Both the position numbers and the translations under genes were made by a program. Shown here piece after piece: positions 17,590-29,972 of a DNA stretch of 64,000 nt. Under the pieces are notes generated by a model that saw nothing but the letters and a program-made list of their open reading frames with translations, made no database searches and was not told where the DNA came from. Where the stretch lies: positions 295,045 to 359,044 of the forward strand of contig JAJFIV010000008.1 in assembly GCA_021774625.1 (NCBI GenBank), given 5' to 3'. How positions within the stretch are numbered: position 1 is the first letter of the stretch; each line of letters starts with the position of its first letter. This stretch comes from Alphaproteobacteria bacterium. GTDB taxonomy: Bacteria; Pseudomonadota; Alphaproteobacteria; Sphingomonadales; JAKSBY01.

Positions 17590-18228
17590 ATGCCCGAAGT
17601 CATTTTTAACGGACCGGAAGGCCGGCTTGAAGGCCGCTACCAGCCCGGCAAAACGCCCACTGCGCCGATGGCGCTGATTCTTCATCCCCACCCGCAATTT
17701 GGCGGGACAATGAATAATAAGGTCGTTTACTATCTCTATCAGTCCTTTGCTAAACGCGGCTTTGCGACGTTGCGTTTCAATTTCAGAGGCGTCGGCCGCA
17801 GTCAGGGCGAATTTGACAATGGCCTCGGGGAGCTGTCCGATGCCGCGACGGCGCTGGACTGGATGCAGTCCTTCAACCCCAATGCCAGCGGCTGCTGGAT
17901 TGCCGGATTTTCCTTCGGCGCATGGATTTCCATGCAGCTTTTGATGCGCCGCCCGGAAATTCAGGGTTTTATCTCCGTGGCCCCGCCCGCCAATCTTTAT
18001 GATTTCAGTTTTCTTGCGCCCTGCCCGTCCTCCGGGCTTATTTTGCAGGGGTCCATCGACGATATCGTGCCGCCCTCCGCATCGCTGAAACTGGCCGAAA
18101 AACTGAAAACCCAGAAAGCGATCACCATCGACTATGAAATTGTCGAGGGCGGCAATCATTTCTTCGAGGGTCTGCTTGACGAGATGAATGCCGAAGTGGA
18201 CCGCTATCTCGATAAACGGCTGGGATAA
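17590..18228 (+). CDS. Conserved alpha/beta hydrolase
   Basis: HPHPQFGGTMNN, RFNFRGVG, GFSFG, HFF. Confidence 0.9.
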   Translation: MPEVIFNGPEGRLEGRYQPGKTPTAPMALILHPHPQFGGTMNNKVVYYLYQSFAKRGFATLRFNFRGVGRSQGEFDNGLGELSDAATALDWMQSFNPNASGCWIAGFSFGAWISMQLLMRRPEIQGFISVAPPANLYDFSFLAPCPSSGLILQGSIDDIVPPSASLKLAEKLKTQKAITIDYEIVEGGNHFFEGLLDEMNAEVDRYLDKRLG

Positions 18229-19334
18229 AAACAGCCGCCGCTCACCGCTTGCTTCGCGCCGGTGGTTGCCGGCAGGCTTAATGGCAGGCCAAGACGGGAA
18301 CGGATAGCGAGATAGGCGAAAAGTTCGGCTTCCAGGCTGTCGCCGCGCCAGCCGAGAATTTCCACGGGGGCCACGCTCACCTCCAGTGATTTCGCCAGAT
18401 AATCCATGAGAACCGGGTTATGACGGCCGCCGCCGGTCACATACCAGGCAAGCGGAGGCGCAGGCAGATGCGCCAGCGCCGCCCTGACCGAGGCGCTGGT
18501 AAAAGCCGTCAGGGTCGCCGCTCCATCCTCAACGGAGAGGAGTTCCAGTCCCTGAATGGAAAAATCGCCGCGATCAAGGGATTTAGGGGGTATGCGGTCA
18601 AAATAGGGATGGTCCATCAGCCGGGCAAGCTGCTCCTCATCCACGCCGCCGCGTCCCGCATATTCGCCGTTCAGATCGCAGGAAAGCCCCTTTTGCTTTT
18701 GCATCCAGTCATCAAGCAGGGAATTGGCCGGGCCGGTATCGAAGGATAGGATTTCCCTGCCGTCCGCCGCAATCCAGGTGACATTGCCGACCCCGCCGAG
18801 ATTGAGAACGGCAACCGGGCCGGAAAGGGTTTCCTGCCGCATCAGCGCTGCATGATAGAGCGGTGCAAAGGGCGCTCCCTCCCCGCCATGCGCCATGTCA
18901 TTGGCGCGAAAGTCATTGACCACGGCAATCCCGGTCTGCGCCGCAAGCCGCGCCCCGTCTCCTAACTGCCAGGTAAAACCAAGGTCGGGCCGGTGCAGGA
19001 TGGTCTGGCCATGAAAGCCGATCAGATCAACCTCGCCTGCTGTCAGCCCCGCCTGCTGCAATAATTCCATCACCAGTGCCGCATGCCGGTCCGTCAGTTC
19101 CTGTTCAACCACCGCAACCACAACGTCATCGGGTTGGCGCTGTTCAAAACCGGCAACATGCTGAAGAATGGCGCGAAGGCGGTTATGGAAGTCCGGCGTG
19201 TAGGGGTGGCTGAGGGCAGGCCCGAGCCGGTCAATTTTTTCGCCGTCACTGTAAATAACGGCGCCATCGATACCGTCCATGGACGTTCCGCTCATCAGGC
19301 CGATGGCGCAATATTGCTGTTTGGTGTTTTGCAT
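18204..19334 (-). CDS. anmK: Anhydro-N-acetylmuramic acid kinase
   Basis: IGLMSGTSMDGID, GFHGQT, DFR..D...GGEGAP, LNLGG, FDTGPAN, GGGRHN. Confidence 0.95.
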   Translation of the reverse strand: MQNTKQQYCAIGLMSGTSMDGIDGAVIYSDGEKIDRLGPALSHPYTPDFHNRLRAILQHVAGFEQRQPDDVVVAVVEQELTDRHAALVMELLQQAGLTAGEVDLIGFHGQTILHRPDLGFTWQLGDGARLAAQTGIAVVNDFRANDMAHGGEGAPFAPLYHAALMRQETLSGPVAVLNLGGVGNVTWIAADGREILSFDTGPANSLLDDWMQKQKGLSCDLNGEYAGRGGVDEEQLARLMDHPYFDRIPPKSLDRGDFSIQGLELLSVEDGAATLTAFTSASVRAALAHLPAPPLAWYVTGGGRHNPVLMDYLAKSLEVSVAPVEILGWRGDSLEAELFAYLAIRSRLGLPLSLPATTGAKQAVSGGCFYPSRLSR

Positions 19335-19391
19335 CGCCGGTCAGATATGCTACATGGGCGCGCGCCTGTCTAGAAACTAAAAAGAGCGATT

Positions 19392-20648
19392 ATGACCCGG
19401 TTCGATTCGGAATTTCTGCAAACCCTGGATACCCGCGGTTACATCCATCAACTGACCGATGGCGCGGCTTTGGATTCCGTCTGCAAAAAGGGCCCGGTCA
19501 CCGCCTATATCGGCTTTGACTGCACCGCGCCCTCCTTGCATGTCGGCAGTCTGGTACAGATTATGATGCTGCGGCATCTGCAGCAATGCGGCCACAAGCC
19601 GATCGTGCTGATGGGTGGCGGCACCACCATGATCGGTGATCCGTCGGGCAAGGATGAATCCCGCCAGTTGCTGAGCGCCGACGCCATTGCTGAAAATATG
19701 GCCGGTATCAAAACGGTGTTTGAACGATTCCTCCGGTTTGGCGATGGCGCGGCGGATGCCGTGATGGTCAACAATCTCGACTGGCTGACAGCATTGGACT
19801 ATATTCCGTTTCTGCGCGATATCGGCCCGCATTTTACCGTCAATCGCATGCTGACCTTCGATTCCGTGAAACTAAGGCTGGAACGCGAACAGCCGCTGAC
19901 TTTCATCGAATTCAATTATATGATCCTGCAGGCCTACGATTTTCTGGAACTCAACCGGCGTTACGGCTGCATTCTGCAAATGGGCGGCTCCGATCAATGG
20001 GGCAATATCGTCAATGGCATGGAGCTGACCCGGCGCGTTGACGGCAAGACCGTCTACGGCCTGACCACACCGCTGGTGACACTGGCCGATGGATCAAAAA
20101 TGGGCAAAACGGCCAGCGGCGCTATCTGGCTCAATGAAGACGCCCTGTCCTCCTATGATTACTGGCAATATTGGCGCAGCGTGCCCGATGCGGATGTCGG
20201 CCGCTTTCTTAGACTTTTTACCGAACTTCCGCTGGCTGAAATCGCAAAACTGGAAAGGCTTGAAGGCGAGGAAATCAACGCGGCCAAGAAAATTCTCGCC
20301 ACCGAAGCCACACGGCTGTGCCGCGGAGAGGCCGGCGCCCGCGAAGCGGCGGAAGCGGCCAGAAAAACCTTCGAGGAAGGACGGCATGCCGAAGCCCTGC
20401 CCACAATCATGCTATCCCGCACCGCCCTTGCAGCCGGACGTCCGCTGGTTGACCTTTTCGTGGAAACCGGCCTTGCCGCTTCCAAAGGCGAGGCCCGGCG
20501 GCTCATCAGGCAGGGCGGCGCCCGCATCAACGGCGAAAAGATCAATGACATCGAACAGACGGCCGGTTCAGGCGACCTGACCGGCGACGGGGTCATCAAA
20601 CTATCCGCCGGCAAAAAACGCCACGCCCTGGTCGAAGTCCAGTCTTAG
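19392..20648 (+). CDS. tyrS: Tyrosine--tRNA ligase
   Basis: [30 protein letters not shown]-terminal S4 domain. Confidence 0.97.
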   Translation: MTRFDSEFLQTLDTRGYIHQLTDGAALDSVCKKGPVTAYIGFDCTAPSLHVGSLVQIMMLRHLQQCGHKPIVLMGGGTTMIGDPSGKDESRQLLSADAIAENMAGIKTVFERFLRFGDGAADAVMVNNLDWLTALDYIPFLRDIGPHFTVNRMLTFDSVKLRLEREQPLTFIEFNYMILQAYDFLELNRRYGCILQMGGSDQWGNIVNGMELTRRVDGKTVYGLTTPLVTLADGSKMGKTASGAIWLNEDALSSYDYWQYWRSVPDADVGRFLRLFTELPLAEIAKLERLEGEEINAAKKILATEATRLCRGEAGAREAAEAARKTFEEGRHAEALPTIMLSRTALAAGRPLVDLFVETGLAASKGEARRLIRQGGARINGEKINDIEQTAGSGDLTGDGVIKLSAGKKRHALVEVQS

Positions 20649-20691
20649 GGCCTCCATCCTCCGGTCCCGTTCGGGTGGAGGAGGAAAGGTT

Positions 20692-22467
20692 CTAAGCGTC
20701 CAGGTCGATGATACGGAGATTCAGTTCACGGAGATGTTTCGGGGAAACACCGGAGGGCGCGCCCATCATCAGGTCCTCGGCTTTCTGATTCATTGGAAAC
20801 AGAATGACTTCCCGGATATTGGGCTCATCCGCCAGCAGCATGACGATGCGGTCCACACCAGGCGCAAGCCCGCCATGAGGCGGGGCGCCGTAGCGAAAGG
20901 CGTTGAGCATGCCGGGAAATTCCTTTTCCACGGTTTCCGCATCATAGCCGGCAATGCCGAAGGCTTTCAGCATGATTTCCGGCAGATGGTTGCGGATCGC
21001 GCCGGAGGAAAGTTCCACTCCGTTACAGACAATATCATACTGGTAGGCAAGGATATCCAGCGGGTCCTTGCTTTCGAGCGCGTCCAGCCCGCCCTGCGGC
21101 ATGGAAAACGGATTATGGGAAAAATCGATCTTCTTTTCCGCTTCGTCATATTCAAACAGCGGGTAATCGACAATCCAGCAGAAGCGAAATTCATCCTTCG
21201 CCAGCAGGTCGAGATCCAGCCCTATTTTCCCACGGGCAAGACCGGCGAGCCTGGCGGCGTCGGCTTCCTTGGCACAGGCGAAAAACACACCGTCATTGTC
21301 ACCTAAGGATAATTGATTTCTGAGGGTTGCTGTTCGATCTTCACCTAAATTCTTAGCAATAGGACCGCCCGGCGATCCGTCCTTGATATTGATATAACCG
21401 AGCCCGGCATACCCTTCGCTCCGCGCCCAGTCATTCATCTTGTCGAAGAAACTGCGGGCAAGGCCTCCTGCCCCCGGCGCCGGGATGGCCCGGACCACGG
21501 CCCCGCCCTCGATCATTTTTGCAAAGATGCCAAAGCCGGAGCCGCGGAAAATTTCCGTGACATCCTGAATTTCGATGGGATTGCGCAAATCCGGCTTGTC
21601 AGAGCCATATTTCAGCAGCGCTTCCTTATAGGGAATCCGGGGATAGGGCGCGGGCGTGACTTTGCGGTCCCCGGCAAATTCCTCGAATACACCGGTAATG
21701 ACTGGCTCGATGGCGGCAAAGACGTCGTCCTGGGTGACAAACGACATTTCGACATCCAGTTGATAGAACTCGCCCGGCGAGCGGTCGGCGCGCGCATCCT
21801 CATCCCGGAAACAGGGAGCGATCTGGAAATAACGGTCGAAACCGGCCATCATGACCAGTTGTTTAAACTGCTGCGGTGCCTGCGGCAGGGCGTAGAATTT
21901 TCCCGGATGCAGCCGGGACGGCACCAGAAAGTCCCGCGCGCCTTCCGGTGAAGAGGCGGTCAGAATAGGGGTCTGGAACTCCTGAAAGCCGGCATTCCAC
22001 ATGCGCTTCCGGATTGAGGCGATCACCTTGTTCCTCAGCACGATATTGGCATGCATCTTTTCCCGGCGGAGATCAAGAAAGCGGTAGCGCAGCCGAATAT
22101 CCTCGGGATATTCCTGATCACCGAAAACCGGCATCGGCAGTTCACCGGCGGCGGACTGAAGTTTACAATCCTTGATCACCAGTTCCACCTCGCCGGTGGG
22201 CAGACCGGCATTGACCGTATCCGGCGTCCGCTTCACGACCTTGCCGGTGACCGTGATCACGCTTTCCGCGCGCTGCGCCTCGATTTCCTTGAAAACCGCT
22301 TTATCGGCGTCAATCACGCACTGGGTCAGGCCATAATGATCACGAAGGTCAATAAACAGCAGATTGCCATGATCCCGCATGCGGTGAACCCAGCCCGAAA
22401 GACGGACCGTCTCCCCGACATGATCGGTACGGATATCGGCACAGGTGTGGGTGCGGTAGGCGTGCAT
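20692..22467 (-). CDS. aspS: Aspartate--tRNA ligase
   Basis: [38 protein letters not shown]. Confidence 0.97.
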   Translation of the reverse strand: MHAYRTHTCADIRTDHVGETVRLSGWVHRMRDHGNLLFIDLRDHYGLTQCVIDADKAVFKEIEAQRAESVITVTGKVVKRTPDTVNAGLPTGEVELVIKDCKLQSAAGELPMPVFGDQEYPEDIRLRYRFLDLRREKMHANIVLRNKVIASIRKRMWNAGFQEFQTPILTASSPEGARDFLVPSRLHPGKFYALPQAPQQFKQLVMMAGFDRYFQIAPCFRDEDARADRSPGEFYQLDVEMSFVTQDDVFAAIEPVITGVFEEFAGDRKVTPAPYPRIPYKEALLKYGSDKPDLRNPIEIQDVTEIFRGSGFGIFAKMIEGGAVVRAIPAPGAGGLARSFFDKMNDWARSEGYAGLGYINIKDGSPGGPIAKNLGEDRTATLRNQLSLGDNDGVFFACAKEADAARLAGLARGKIGLDLDLLAKDEFRFCWIVDYPLFEYDEAEKKIDFSHNPFSMPQGGLDALESKDPLDILAYQYDIVCNGVELSSGAIRNHLPEIMLKAFGIAGYDAETVEKEFPGMLNAFRYGAPPHGGLAPGVDRIVMLLADEPNIREVILFPMNQKAEDLMMGAPSGVSPKHLRELNLRIIDLDA

Positions 22468-22750
22468 AGAATTCTCAATTCTTATCGGTGATTATTGGCC
22501 CGGAAAAGCGCATGGAACAACGGTTTTGTCAAGGCTTCAGGGCCAGGATTCGTAAAATTCATGCGCAGGGTTCCCCGTCTCATACGTCCGGGGTAAAAAA
22601 TCCTGCGGGCAAATGATAAAACACGCATTCATTCAGATTGCCGGACATTAGTATGCTTCGGTTGACCTTGCCGGCTATTCGGCGTACGGATAAGCTGGGT
22701 CGGGGGAATTTTCCAGTCCCTTTACAAATTATTTCAATCAGGAGTGGAAT

Positions 22751-23251
22751 ATGTTACGTATCCTCGCTTCATCCTTTCTTTTAATGCTTGCGGTTGGTTT
22801 TGCACCGGCGCTTTATGCTCAGTCTTCGCAAGACAAGTTCGAAGTTTCATTTCAGGCCAATGAGACCAAGCGGCGCGCGACGATCGCCAGCGTCATGCTG
22901 TTCACCGGGGCGGAAGCGGCAAAATTCTGGCCGCTTTATGACGCCTATCGCGCCAGAGTGAAAGACCATCAGCTGCAACGCATCTTAATGCTTGAAAAAT
23001 TATCAGAATCGATGGTCGGCATGGGGGACGAAGTTGCAACGGAAGTTGTCAATAACGCCCTGCAACTGGAACGGGATCAGGAACGGCGGAAGCGGGACTT
23101 CATTTCCGACCTGCATCCGATTCTGACGGGGGCGCGGTATTTCCGTTATTATCAGGTGGAAACCAAATTGGACGCCATGTTTACTTACGGGTGGACGCAG
23201 CAAATTCCCCTTGCCATCACCGAAGATGAAGCCAAAGGCGCGAAGCCTTAA
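22751..23251 (+). CDS. Secreted alpha-helical hypothetical protein
   Basis: SD GGAG, signal peptide, FTGAEAAKFWPLYDAY. Confidence 0.75.
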   Translation: MLRILASSFLLMLAVGFAPALYAQSSQDKFEVSFQANETKRRATIASVMLFTGAEAAKFWPLYDAYRARVKDHQLQRILMLEKLSESMVGMGDEVATEVVNNALQLERDQERRKRDFISDLHPILTGARYFRYYQVETKLDAMFTYGWTQQIPLAITEDEAKGAKP

Positions 23252-23271
23252 CTGCGATAGAGCCAAAGACA

Positions 23272-25599
23272 TTATCCGCCATTGGCCGCAGCCAGCGCCC
23301 GCCAGATTTTATGAGGCGTTGCGGGCATGTCGATGTGACGGATGCCGCGCTCTTTCAGCGCATCCAAAATAGCGTTCATGATCGCTGGCGCGGCGCCGAT
23401 GGTTCCCGCCTCGCCGCAACCTTTTACGCCGAGCGGATTGGTCTGGCAGAGAATTTCATTGTAATGGAAAGTAATGTCCGAGGCATCATCGGCCCTTGGC
23501 AGACCGTAATCCATAAAGGAACCGGTCATCAGCTGCCCCGATTCGCCATCATACACGCAATTTTCCAGCAAGGCCTGACCGAGCCCCTGCACGACGCCGC
23601 CATGGACCTGGCCGGCGACAATCAGCGGGTTGACGATGCGGCCGAAATCATCGGCCACCGTATAATCAACTATTTTCAGTGACCCTGTTTCGGGATCAAT
23701 CTCGACTTCCGCAACATGACAGCCATTGGGAAATGTGGAATCGGTCTTGGTATAAACGGACTTGCTGTCCAGGCTTTGCGGCAAACCGGCCGGCAGGTCA
23801 TTCCGTTCATTTGCTTCCCGCAAAAGATCGAAGACCGAAAGAAACATGTTCACCTTGGGGGAAGTAAAGACGCCGTCTGCAAATTCCACGTCTTCACCCG
23901 GAACATCCATAATATGCGCGGCAAGTTCCTTGCCCTTGCCGATAATATCGTCGCAGGCGGCCAGCGTCGCCCCACTGATCATATGAAGAGAGCGCGAGCC
24001 GGCCGTCCCGCCGCCGGTATTTTTACGCTTTGTGTCCCCCTGGACGAGATCGACTTTGTCCGGGTCAATCCCGAGCTTTTCCGCAATCAACTGCGGAAAG
24101 GTTGTTTCGTGGCCCTGCCCGTTGGATTGCGTGCCGACCAGAAGCTCAACCCGGTCTTCGCTGGTGAACCGGACTTCCACCTCTTCCGACGGCAGCCCCA
24201 GGGTGCATTCCATATAATAGGCCATGCCGATCCCGCGCAGCCTGCCCCGGGCAAGCGCGTCAGCGCGCCGTTCCTCAAAACCATCCCAGCCGGCGTGCGC
24301 CTTGGCATCTTTCATATTGCGGGCGAAATCACCGCTGTCGAGGATGGTGTCCGTCGCATTCTTATAGGGAAAGGCATCGGGCGGAATAAAATTCCGCGCG
24401 CGAATCTCGTCCTGGCCCAATCCTAATTCCGCCGCCGCCTGATTGACGGCCCGTTCCAGCATATAGGCCGCTTCGGGACGCCCAGCCCCGCGATAGGCAT
24501 CCACCGGGGCCGTATTGGTCATCACCCCCCTGACCCTGACATGGATATGGGGAATCTTGTAAACGCCTCCCAGCACCTGGACCGCCGTCAGGGTCGGGAT
24601 GAAGGGTCCGAATTCGGAAAGATACCCGCCCAGATTGGCATGGCTGGACACCCGGTAGGCAAGAAAATGACCATCGGCATCAAGCGCCAGCTCGACATCG
24701 GAAAGAATGTCGCGCCCGTGCGTATCGGCAAGAAAAGCTTCGCTGCGATCACCTGTCCAGCGCACCGGCCGGCCGGTGCGCTCCGCCGCCACAAGCACCA
24801 TCACATGTTCGGGATAGGTAAACATTTTCATCCCGAAACCGCCCCCCACATCGGGCGTTATGATATTCAGTTTACCGGCGACGGCATTGGGCATGATCTC
24901 CCCCAGCATGGGCAGCAGGCCGGCAACGCCCTGGCTGTTTGTGTAAAGCGTATGACCGGCCTCCGGATCAAACATGCCGATGGCGGCGCGCGGTTCAATC
25001 GGATTTGGCACCAGACGGTTATTGATAAGGGTCACTTTCGTAATGTGATCCGCAGCCTGAAAAGCCGTTTCAACAGCCGCCTTATCCCCGACATCCCAAT
25101 CGAAAGCCAGGTTGCCCGGCGCCTCCGGCCAGATATCCGGGGCCTCATTTCGGCATGCGGCCTCAATGGTGCCGGCAGCATCAAGGGGCTCATACTCAAT
25201 CTCGACCCGTTCTGCCGCGTCTTTGGCTTCTCTCAGGCTTTCCGCAATAATGAAGGCGACCGGGTCGCCCACGAAACGCACCCTGTCGCGCGCCAGTATC
25301 CACCGCTCCGTCAACGCTATGGGGGTGCCGTCGCTGTTTTCGATGGCGCGGGAACACGGCATCACACCCACACCGGCCGCATCCATCTCGGCAATGGTAA
25401 GAATATCGATAACGCCGGGAGCGGCTTTCGCCTCCGTCAGATCAAGCGAGCTGATATCCGCATGGGCGTAAGGCGACCGCAGCACATATCCCACGGCCTC
25501 ATTCTCAAATCGATAATCACTGGTATACCGGCCCTCGCCTTTCAAAAAACGCACATCCTCCACACGCCTGAGGGGCTGCCCGACACCGAATTTCTTCAT
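23272..25599 (-). CDS. Xanthine dehydrogenase family molybdopterin-binding subunit (CoxL/CutL-like, AYRGAGR type)
   Basis: RVEDVRFLKGEG, LRSPYAHA, VGGGFG, AYRGAGRPE, QGHET, GVKGCGE; start set at MKKFG. Confidence 0.9.
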   Translation of the reverse strand: MKKFGVGQPLRRVEDVRFLKGEGRYTSDYRFENEAVGYVLRSPYAHADISSLDLTEAKAAPGVIDILTIAEMDAAGVGVMPCSRAIENSDGTPIALTERWILARDRVRFVGDPVAFIIAESLREAKDAAERVEIEYEPLDAAGTIEAACRNEAPDIWPEAPGNLAFDWDVGDKAAVETAFQAADHITKVTLINNRLVPNPIEPRAAIGMFDPEAGHTLYTNSQGVAGLLPMLGEIMPNAVAGKLNIITPDVGGGFGMKMFTYPEHVMVLVAAERTGRPVRWTGDRSEAFLADTHGRDILSDVELALDADGHFLAYRVSSHANLGGYLSEFGPFIPTLTAVQVLGGVYKIPHIHVRVRGVMTNTAPVDAYRGAGRPEAAYMLERAVNQAAAELGLGQDEIRARNFIPPDAFPYKNATDTILDSGDFARNMKDAKAHAGWDGFEERRADALARGRLRGIGMAYYMECTLGLPSEEVEVRFTSEDRVELLVGTQSNGQGHETTFPQLIAEKLGIDPDKVDLVQGDTKRKNTGGGTAGSRSLHMISGATLAACDDIIGKGKELAAHIMDVPGEDVEFADGVFTSPKVNMFLSVFDLLREANERNDLPAGLPQSLDSKSVYTKTDSTFPNGCHVAEVEIDPETGSLKIVDYTVADDFGRIVNPLIVAGQVHGGVVQGLGQALLENCVYDGESGQLMTGSFMDYGLPRADDASDITFHYNEILCQTNPLGVKGCGEAGTIGAAPAIMNAILDALKERGIRHIDMPATPHKIWRALAAANGG

Positions 25600-25604
25600 A
25601 AAAT

Positions 25605-26396
25605 CTATTCCTTGTAACTTTGATCTTTCCAATCGATCATGCGCAACACCGCCTGCCAGGTAATTTCCGCCACACCGCCAAAGGCCGGCCCCCGGCCCTG
25701 CTGAGCGACCTTTTCACCAAGCTCGTCCGGCAGCATCGTCAAGGCCGCACCGCCCGATTGGGCCGCAAGCTGCTGCTCGCACGCCCGCTGCAGAAAATAC
25801 ATGCGCAGAAATGCCTGCTGAACATTGCCGCCAACCGTCAATAGCCCGTGATTGCGCAAAATCAAACACCCTTTGTCCGGGCCGATGTCGGCGGCGAGCC
25901 TTTTCCGCTCGCCTTCCTCCAGCGCCAGCCCTTCATAGTCATGGTAGCCAATATCCCCATAAAGCGTCATGGCATTCTGGCTAATTGACAGCAGACCTTT
26001 TTTCTGGGCTGAAACAGCAACGCCCTCGGTGGTATGCAGATGAAGGGCGCAATGGGCATCCTCCCGCGCTTCATGAATCGCACTGTGCACGGTAAAGCCG
26101 GCCGGGTTGATGCCATGGCCGTTGGGCAATTGAATCCGGCCCTGAAGGTCCACCTTGACCAGATTGGACGCGGTAATCTCGTCAAACAGCAGGCCGAACG
26201 GATTGATCAGATAATGCCGCGCCGCGCCCGGCACCCGGGCGGAAATATGGGTGAAAATCAGATCGTCCCAGCCGAAATGCGCGCAAATCCGGTAACAGGC
26301 CGCCAGGTCAATGCGGATTTTCCACTCGTCCTCACTTACCTGATCTTTGATCGGCATTGGTAAATCTGCCACCTCGTTGTCCTTTTTCTGTTCCAA
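25605..26396 (-). CDS. Class II aldolase/adducin family protein
   Basis: FTHISAR, INPFG, HSAIH...HLH, LRNHG; exact start uncertain. Confidence 0.9.
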   Translation of the reverse strand: MEQKKDNEVADLPMPIKDQVSEDEWKIRIDLAACYRICAHFGWDDLIFTHISARVPGAARHYLINPFGLLFDEITASNLVKVDLQGRIQLPNGHGINPAGFTVHSAIHEAREDAHCALHLHTTEGVAVSAQKKGLLSISQNAMTLYGDIGYHDYEGLALEEGERKRLAADIGPDKGCLILRNHGLLTVGGNVQQAFLRMYFLQRACEQQLAAQSGGAALTMLPDELGEKVAQQGRGPAFGGVAEITWQAVLRMIDWKDQSYKE

Positions 26397-26455
26397 ACCG
26401 GACTGCTTCCCCTATATTAGAACAGGACCCATCAGAAAACCAACAAGGTTTAGGC

Positions 26456-27445
26456 ATGATCGACCCCTTCGGACGAAAAATCAGTTACGTGCGGCTTTCG
26501 GTGACCGACCGCTGCGACTTCCGCTGCGTCTATTGCATGGCGGAAAATATGAGTTTTCTGCCCAAGCCCGATCTTCTGACCCTGGAGGAGATTGACCGGC
26601 TGGCGACGGTCTTTATCGAAAAAGGCGTCGATAAAATCCGCATTACCGGCGGGGAACCGCTGGTGCGGCGGGATATTATGGACCTGTTTCGCTCAATCGG
26701 CCGGCATCTGGACAGCGGCGCGTTAAAGGAACTGACCCTGACCACCAATGGCAGCCAGTTGCCGCGCTTCTCTAAAGACCTGTATGCGGCGGGCGTACGC
26801 CGGATCAATGTCTCGCTGGATACGCTGGATGAGAAAAAATTCGCCCGCATCACCCGCTGGGGCCGGCTTGAACAGGTATTGCAGGGGATCGAAGCCGCGC
26901 TTCTGGCCGGCCTGAAAGTCAAAATCAACACCGTCGCCCTTAAAAGCATCAACGACGATGAACTGGACCGGATGATCAAATGGTGCGGCGACCTCGGTAT
27001 GGACCTCACGCTGATCGAAACCATGCCCATGGGCGAAATCGACGAGGACCGGGCAGACCGCTATCTGCCGCTTTCCACGGTGAAGGACGATCTGGCAAAA
27101 CGCTGGACCCTTGAGGACAGTTCCCATCAAACCGGCGGGCCGTCGCGCTATATGACCATCGCCGAAACCGGGCAGAAACTCGGTTTCATCACGCCGCTCA
27201 GTCATAATTTCTGCGAATCCTGCAACCGGGTGCGGGTGACCTGCACCGGCACGCTTTATATGTGTCTGGGTCAGCAGGATGCCGCCGATTTGCGGACGCC
27301 GTTACGGGCCAGCCCCGATAACGCGCTGATTTCTGACACAATCGACGAAGCCATTGGCCGCAAACCCAAAGGACATGACTTTGTGATTGAACGCACGGGT
27401 CAGGCGCCTTCGGTGCCGCGTCACATGAGCGTCACCGGCGGATGA
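26456..27445 (+). CDS. moaA: GTP 3',8-cyclase
   Basis: CDFRCVYC radical SAM motif, [14 protein letters not shown]...C, C-terminal GG. Confidence 0.96.
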   Translation: MIDPFGRKISYVRLSVTDRCDFRCVYCMAENMSFLPKPDLLTLEEIDRLATVFIEKGVDKIRITGGEPLVRRDIMDLFRSIGRHLDSGALKELTLTTNGSQLPRFSKDLYAAGVRRINVSLDTLDEKKFARITRWGRLEQVLQGIEAALLAGLKVKINTVALKSINDDELDRMIKWCGDLGMDLTLIETMPMGEIDEDRADRYLPLSTVKDDLAKRWTLEDSSHQTGGPSRYMTIAETGQKLGFITPLSHNFCESCNRVRVTCTGTLYMCLGQQDAADLRTPLRASPDNALISDTIDEAIGRKPKGHDFVIERTGQAPSVPRHMSVTGG

Positions 27446-28206
27446 GCAGCAAAATTGCCATCATCGCCAGCGATACGGATGAAGCCGCCAGGGCGCAGAC
27501 GGATCTTTCGGCGCTTTATCCAACTGTGCCGATGGATGAGGCCGATATTATTGTCGCGCTTGGCGGTGACGGATTCATGCTGAACACGCTCCATGCCTGT
27601 ATCGGCGCCGCCAAACCCATTTACGGCCTGAATATGGGGACCGTCGGCTTTCTGATGAATGAATATAAAACCGGCGGGCTGCTGGAGCGCATCGAAAAGG
27701 CCGAACTTTTCACGCTGCATCCTTTGCGGATGATGGCGACGACCGTTGACGGCACACGTCATGACTCGGTGGCGATCAACGAAGTCTCGCTTTTGCGGCA
27801 AACCCGGCAGGCGGCAAAAATCCGTATCACCATTGACGGCAAAGTACGGCTCGATGAGCTGATCTGCGATGGCGTCATGGTGGCGACCCCCGCCGGGTCG
27901 ACCGCTTATAATCTTTCCGCCCACGGTCCGATAATTCCGCTGGGCGCGGGCGTTCTCGCCCTCACGCCGATCAGCGCCTTCCGCCCCCGGCGCTGGCGCG
28001 GTGCGCTGCTGCCCCATGAATCCCGTGTGAGTTTGAGTATTCGGGATGGTAAAAAACGTCCGGTTTCCGCCGTGGCCGATCAGACCGAGATCAGAAATGT
28101 CAGCGAAGTTGAAATCCGCGAAGACCGCACCGTGTCATTGAAATTACTGTTCGACCGTGAACACGGGCTTGCAGAACGCATCCTGATGGAGCAGTTTATC
28201 GACTGA
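27442..28206 (+). CDS. nadK: NAD kinase
   Basis: [24 protein letters not shown]; ATGA overlap with moaA. Confidence 0.93.
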   Translation: MSSKIAIIASDTDEAARAQTDLSALYPTVPMDEADIIVALGGDGFMLNTLHACIGAAKPIYGLNMGTVGFLMNEYKTGGLLERIEKAELFTLHPLRMMATTVDGTRHDSVAINEVSLLRQTRQAAKIRITIDGKVRLDELICDGVMVATPAGSTAYNLSAHGPIIPLGAGVLALTPISAFRPRRWRGALLPHESRVSLSIRDGKKRPVSAVADQTEIRNVSEVEIREDRTVSLKLLFDREHGLAERILMEQFID

Positions 28207-28230
28207 ACTGACAACAAAAACCGGGAGGAA

Positions 28231-29910
28231 ATGATTATGTTGCGTTTAGGTTTGACCGGGCTTTCCCTGGCCGCCCTGATTTTGACGGGGTGCGATGCCA
28301 CGGTAACCCTTGATTCATCGGATGAAAGCACGCAGGAATTTTCCATTGTCGATGAGGCGAATGGCGACAATGTCCGCGCTCACATGACGTTTCTCGCGCA
28401 GGACTTGCTCGAAGGCCGCGACACCGGAACCCGCGGCTATGACATCGCACGGCATTATGTGGCGGCCCAGTATAAACTTTTGGGATTGAAGCCTGCCGGC
28501 GATAACGGCAGCTATTTCCAGACTGTACCCCTGATGGAGGCCCGTACCATCGATAGCGGACACGCCATGCAGATTGTCCGCGGCGGCACTACACAGGATC
28601 TGACATTCCGCGAAGATTACCTGCCGGGGACAAGCTATGGCGATACGGAACAGGCCCTGAGCGCAGAGGTCGTGTTTGTGGGATATGGCATTACCGCGCC
28701 GGAACTTTCCCATAATGATTATGACGATCTGAATGTGGAAGGCAAAATTGTGGCGATGCTGCCGCGCGCACCGGCTAATTTCCCCAATGACCAGCGGGCT
28801 TATTATTCGTCGAACAGCGTTAAGGCGCAAAATGCCCTGGACCGCGGCGCCGCTGGAGTGATTGGCCTTTGGACGCCTGAACAGGAGACCGTTTTCTCCT
28901 GGGACCGGGTGAACGAGGCGGTTTGGGATCCGAGATTTCGCTGGGTCAATGCACAAGGCGAAGCCTTTAACGGCTTCCCGAGTCTGGCGTCCGGCGGCGT
29001 GCTCAGTCTGGAAGGCGCAACCAAGCTTTTTGCCATGGCCGAGCTCGATTTTCTGGAGCGGGTTGAACGCGCAGAAGCCGGGGAACATGTCTCGACCAAT
29101 CTTCCTGTCACCCTCTCCTTTACCAATGAATCCGAGCAAAAAATCATTGATAGCTATAATGTTGCAGCGCTTCTTGAAGGCAGCGATCCCGATCTGAAGG
29201 ATGAATATGTGGTTGTCACCTCCCACCTTGATCACATCGGCGTCATGAAGGATTCGGACGAGGAAGATGTCATCCGTAATGGCGCTTATGACAATGCCGC
29301 AGGCATCGGCGTAATCCTGGAAATGGCGCGGCTGATCGACGAAATGCCGGAAAGGCCGCGCCGCTCGATCTTGTTTGTCGCGGTCACGGCAGAGGAGAAA
29401 GGCCTGATCGGGTCCGATTATTTCGCTCAAAATCCGACCATTCCGGCGGAGGCCATCGTTGCCAATGTCAATATCGACATGCCGATCTTTCTCTATCCGC
29501 TTGGCGACGTGATTCCCTTCGGAGCGGATCATTCCTCCCTTCTGACCGAAGTGACCGAAGCCGGAAACGCCACCGGGTTCGCGCTGGCTGAGGACCCCTT
29601 TCCGGAACAGACCATTTTCATCCGTTCGGATCAGTTTTCCTTCGTCAAGACCGGGGTACCCGCCGTCTTTCTCGTTCCCGGCATGACCTCAAATGACCCC
29701 GAAATCAATGGCCAGGAACAATGGGGAGGATTTCTGGGGGGCCACTACCATCGCCCGACCGATGATCTTTCCCGGCCCTATGATACGGATTCCGCGGCGC
29801 GTTATACGGCGATGAACACAATGATCACACTGGATATCGCCAATGAGGAGACCCGTCCGACATGGAATGAAGGCGACTTTTTCGGCGACAAGTTCGGCGC
29901 AAACCGCTAA
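28231..29910 (+). CDS. M28 family metallopeptidase with PA domain, lipoprotein
   Basis: Lipobox LTGC, HLDH, GAYDNAAG, AEEKGL, NID, RSD, YH. Confidence 0.9.
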   Translation: MIMLRLGLTGLSLAALILTGCDATVTLDSSDESTQEFSIVDEANGDNVRAHMTFLAQDLLEGRDTGTRGYDIARHYVAAQYKLLGLKPAGDNGSYFQTVPLMEARTIDSGHAMQIVRGGTTQDLTFREDYLPGTSYGDTEQALSAEVVFVGYGITAPELSHNDYDDLNVEGKIVAMLPRAPANFPNDQRAYYSSNSVKAQNALDRGAAGVIGLWTPEQETVFSWDRVNEAVWDPRFRWVNAQGEAFNGFPSLASGGVLSLEGATKLFAMAELDFLERVERAEAGEHVSTNLPVTLSFTNESEQKIIDSYNVAALLEGSDPDLKDEYVVVTSHLDHIGVMKDSDEEDVIRNGAYDNAAGIGVILEMARLIDEMPERPRRSILFVAVTAEEKGLIGSDYFAQNPTIPAEAIVANVNIDMPIFLYPLGDVIPFGADHSSLLTEVTEAGNATGFALAEDPFPEQTIFIRSDQFSFVKTGVPAVFLVPGMTSNDPEINGQEQWGGFLGGHYHRPTDDLSRPYDTDSAARYTAMNTMITLDIANEETRPTWNEGDFFGDKFGANR

Positions 29911-29972
29911 GGAAGCCGTACAATAAACGCGGAAATACGCTCTGACAAACATGCAGGGCGGCGGGGAGCGGT

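Noticed and set aside
14792-18228. Two tandem cysteine desulfurases plus fdx without iscU/iscA/hscBA
   Set aside because: To my knowledge this reduced arrangement with a divergent alpha/beta hydrolase is common in alphaproteobacteria.
20651-20684. Terminator between tyrS and aspS
   Set aside because: Imperfect stem without a clear U-tract; not supportable.
23272-25599. Aerobic CO dehydrogenase
   Set aside because: Active-site loop is AYRGAGR rather than the form I AYxCSFR, and no coxS/coxM is adjacent; substrate unknown.
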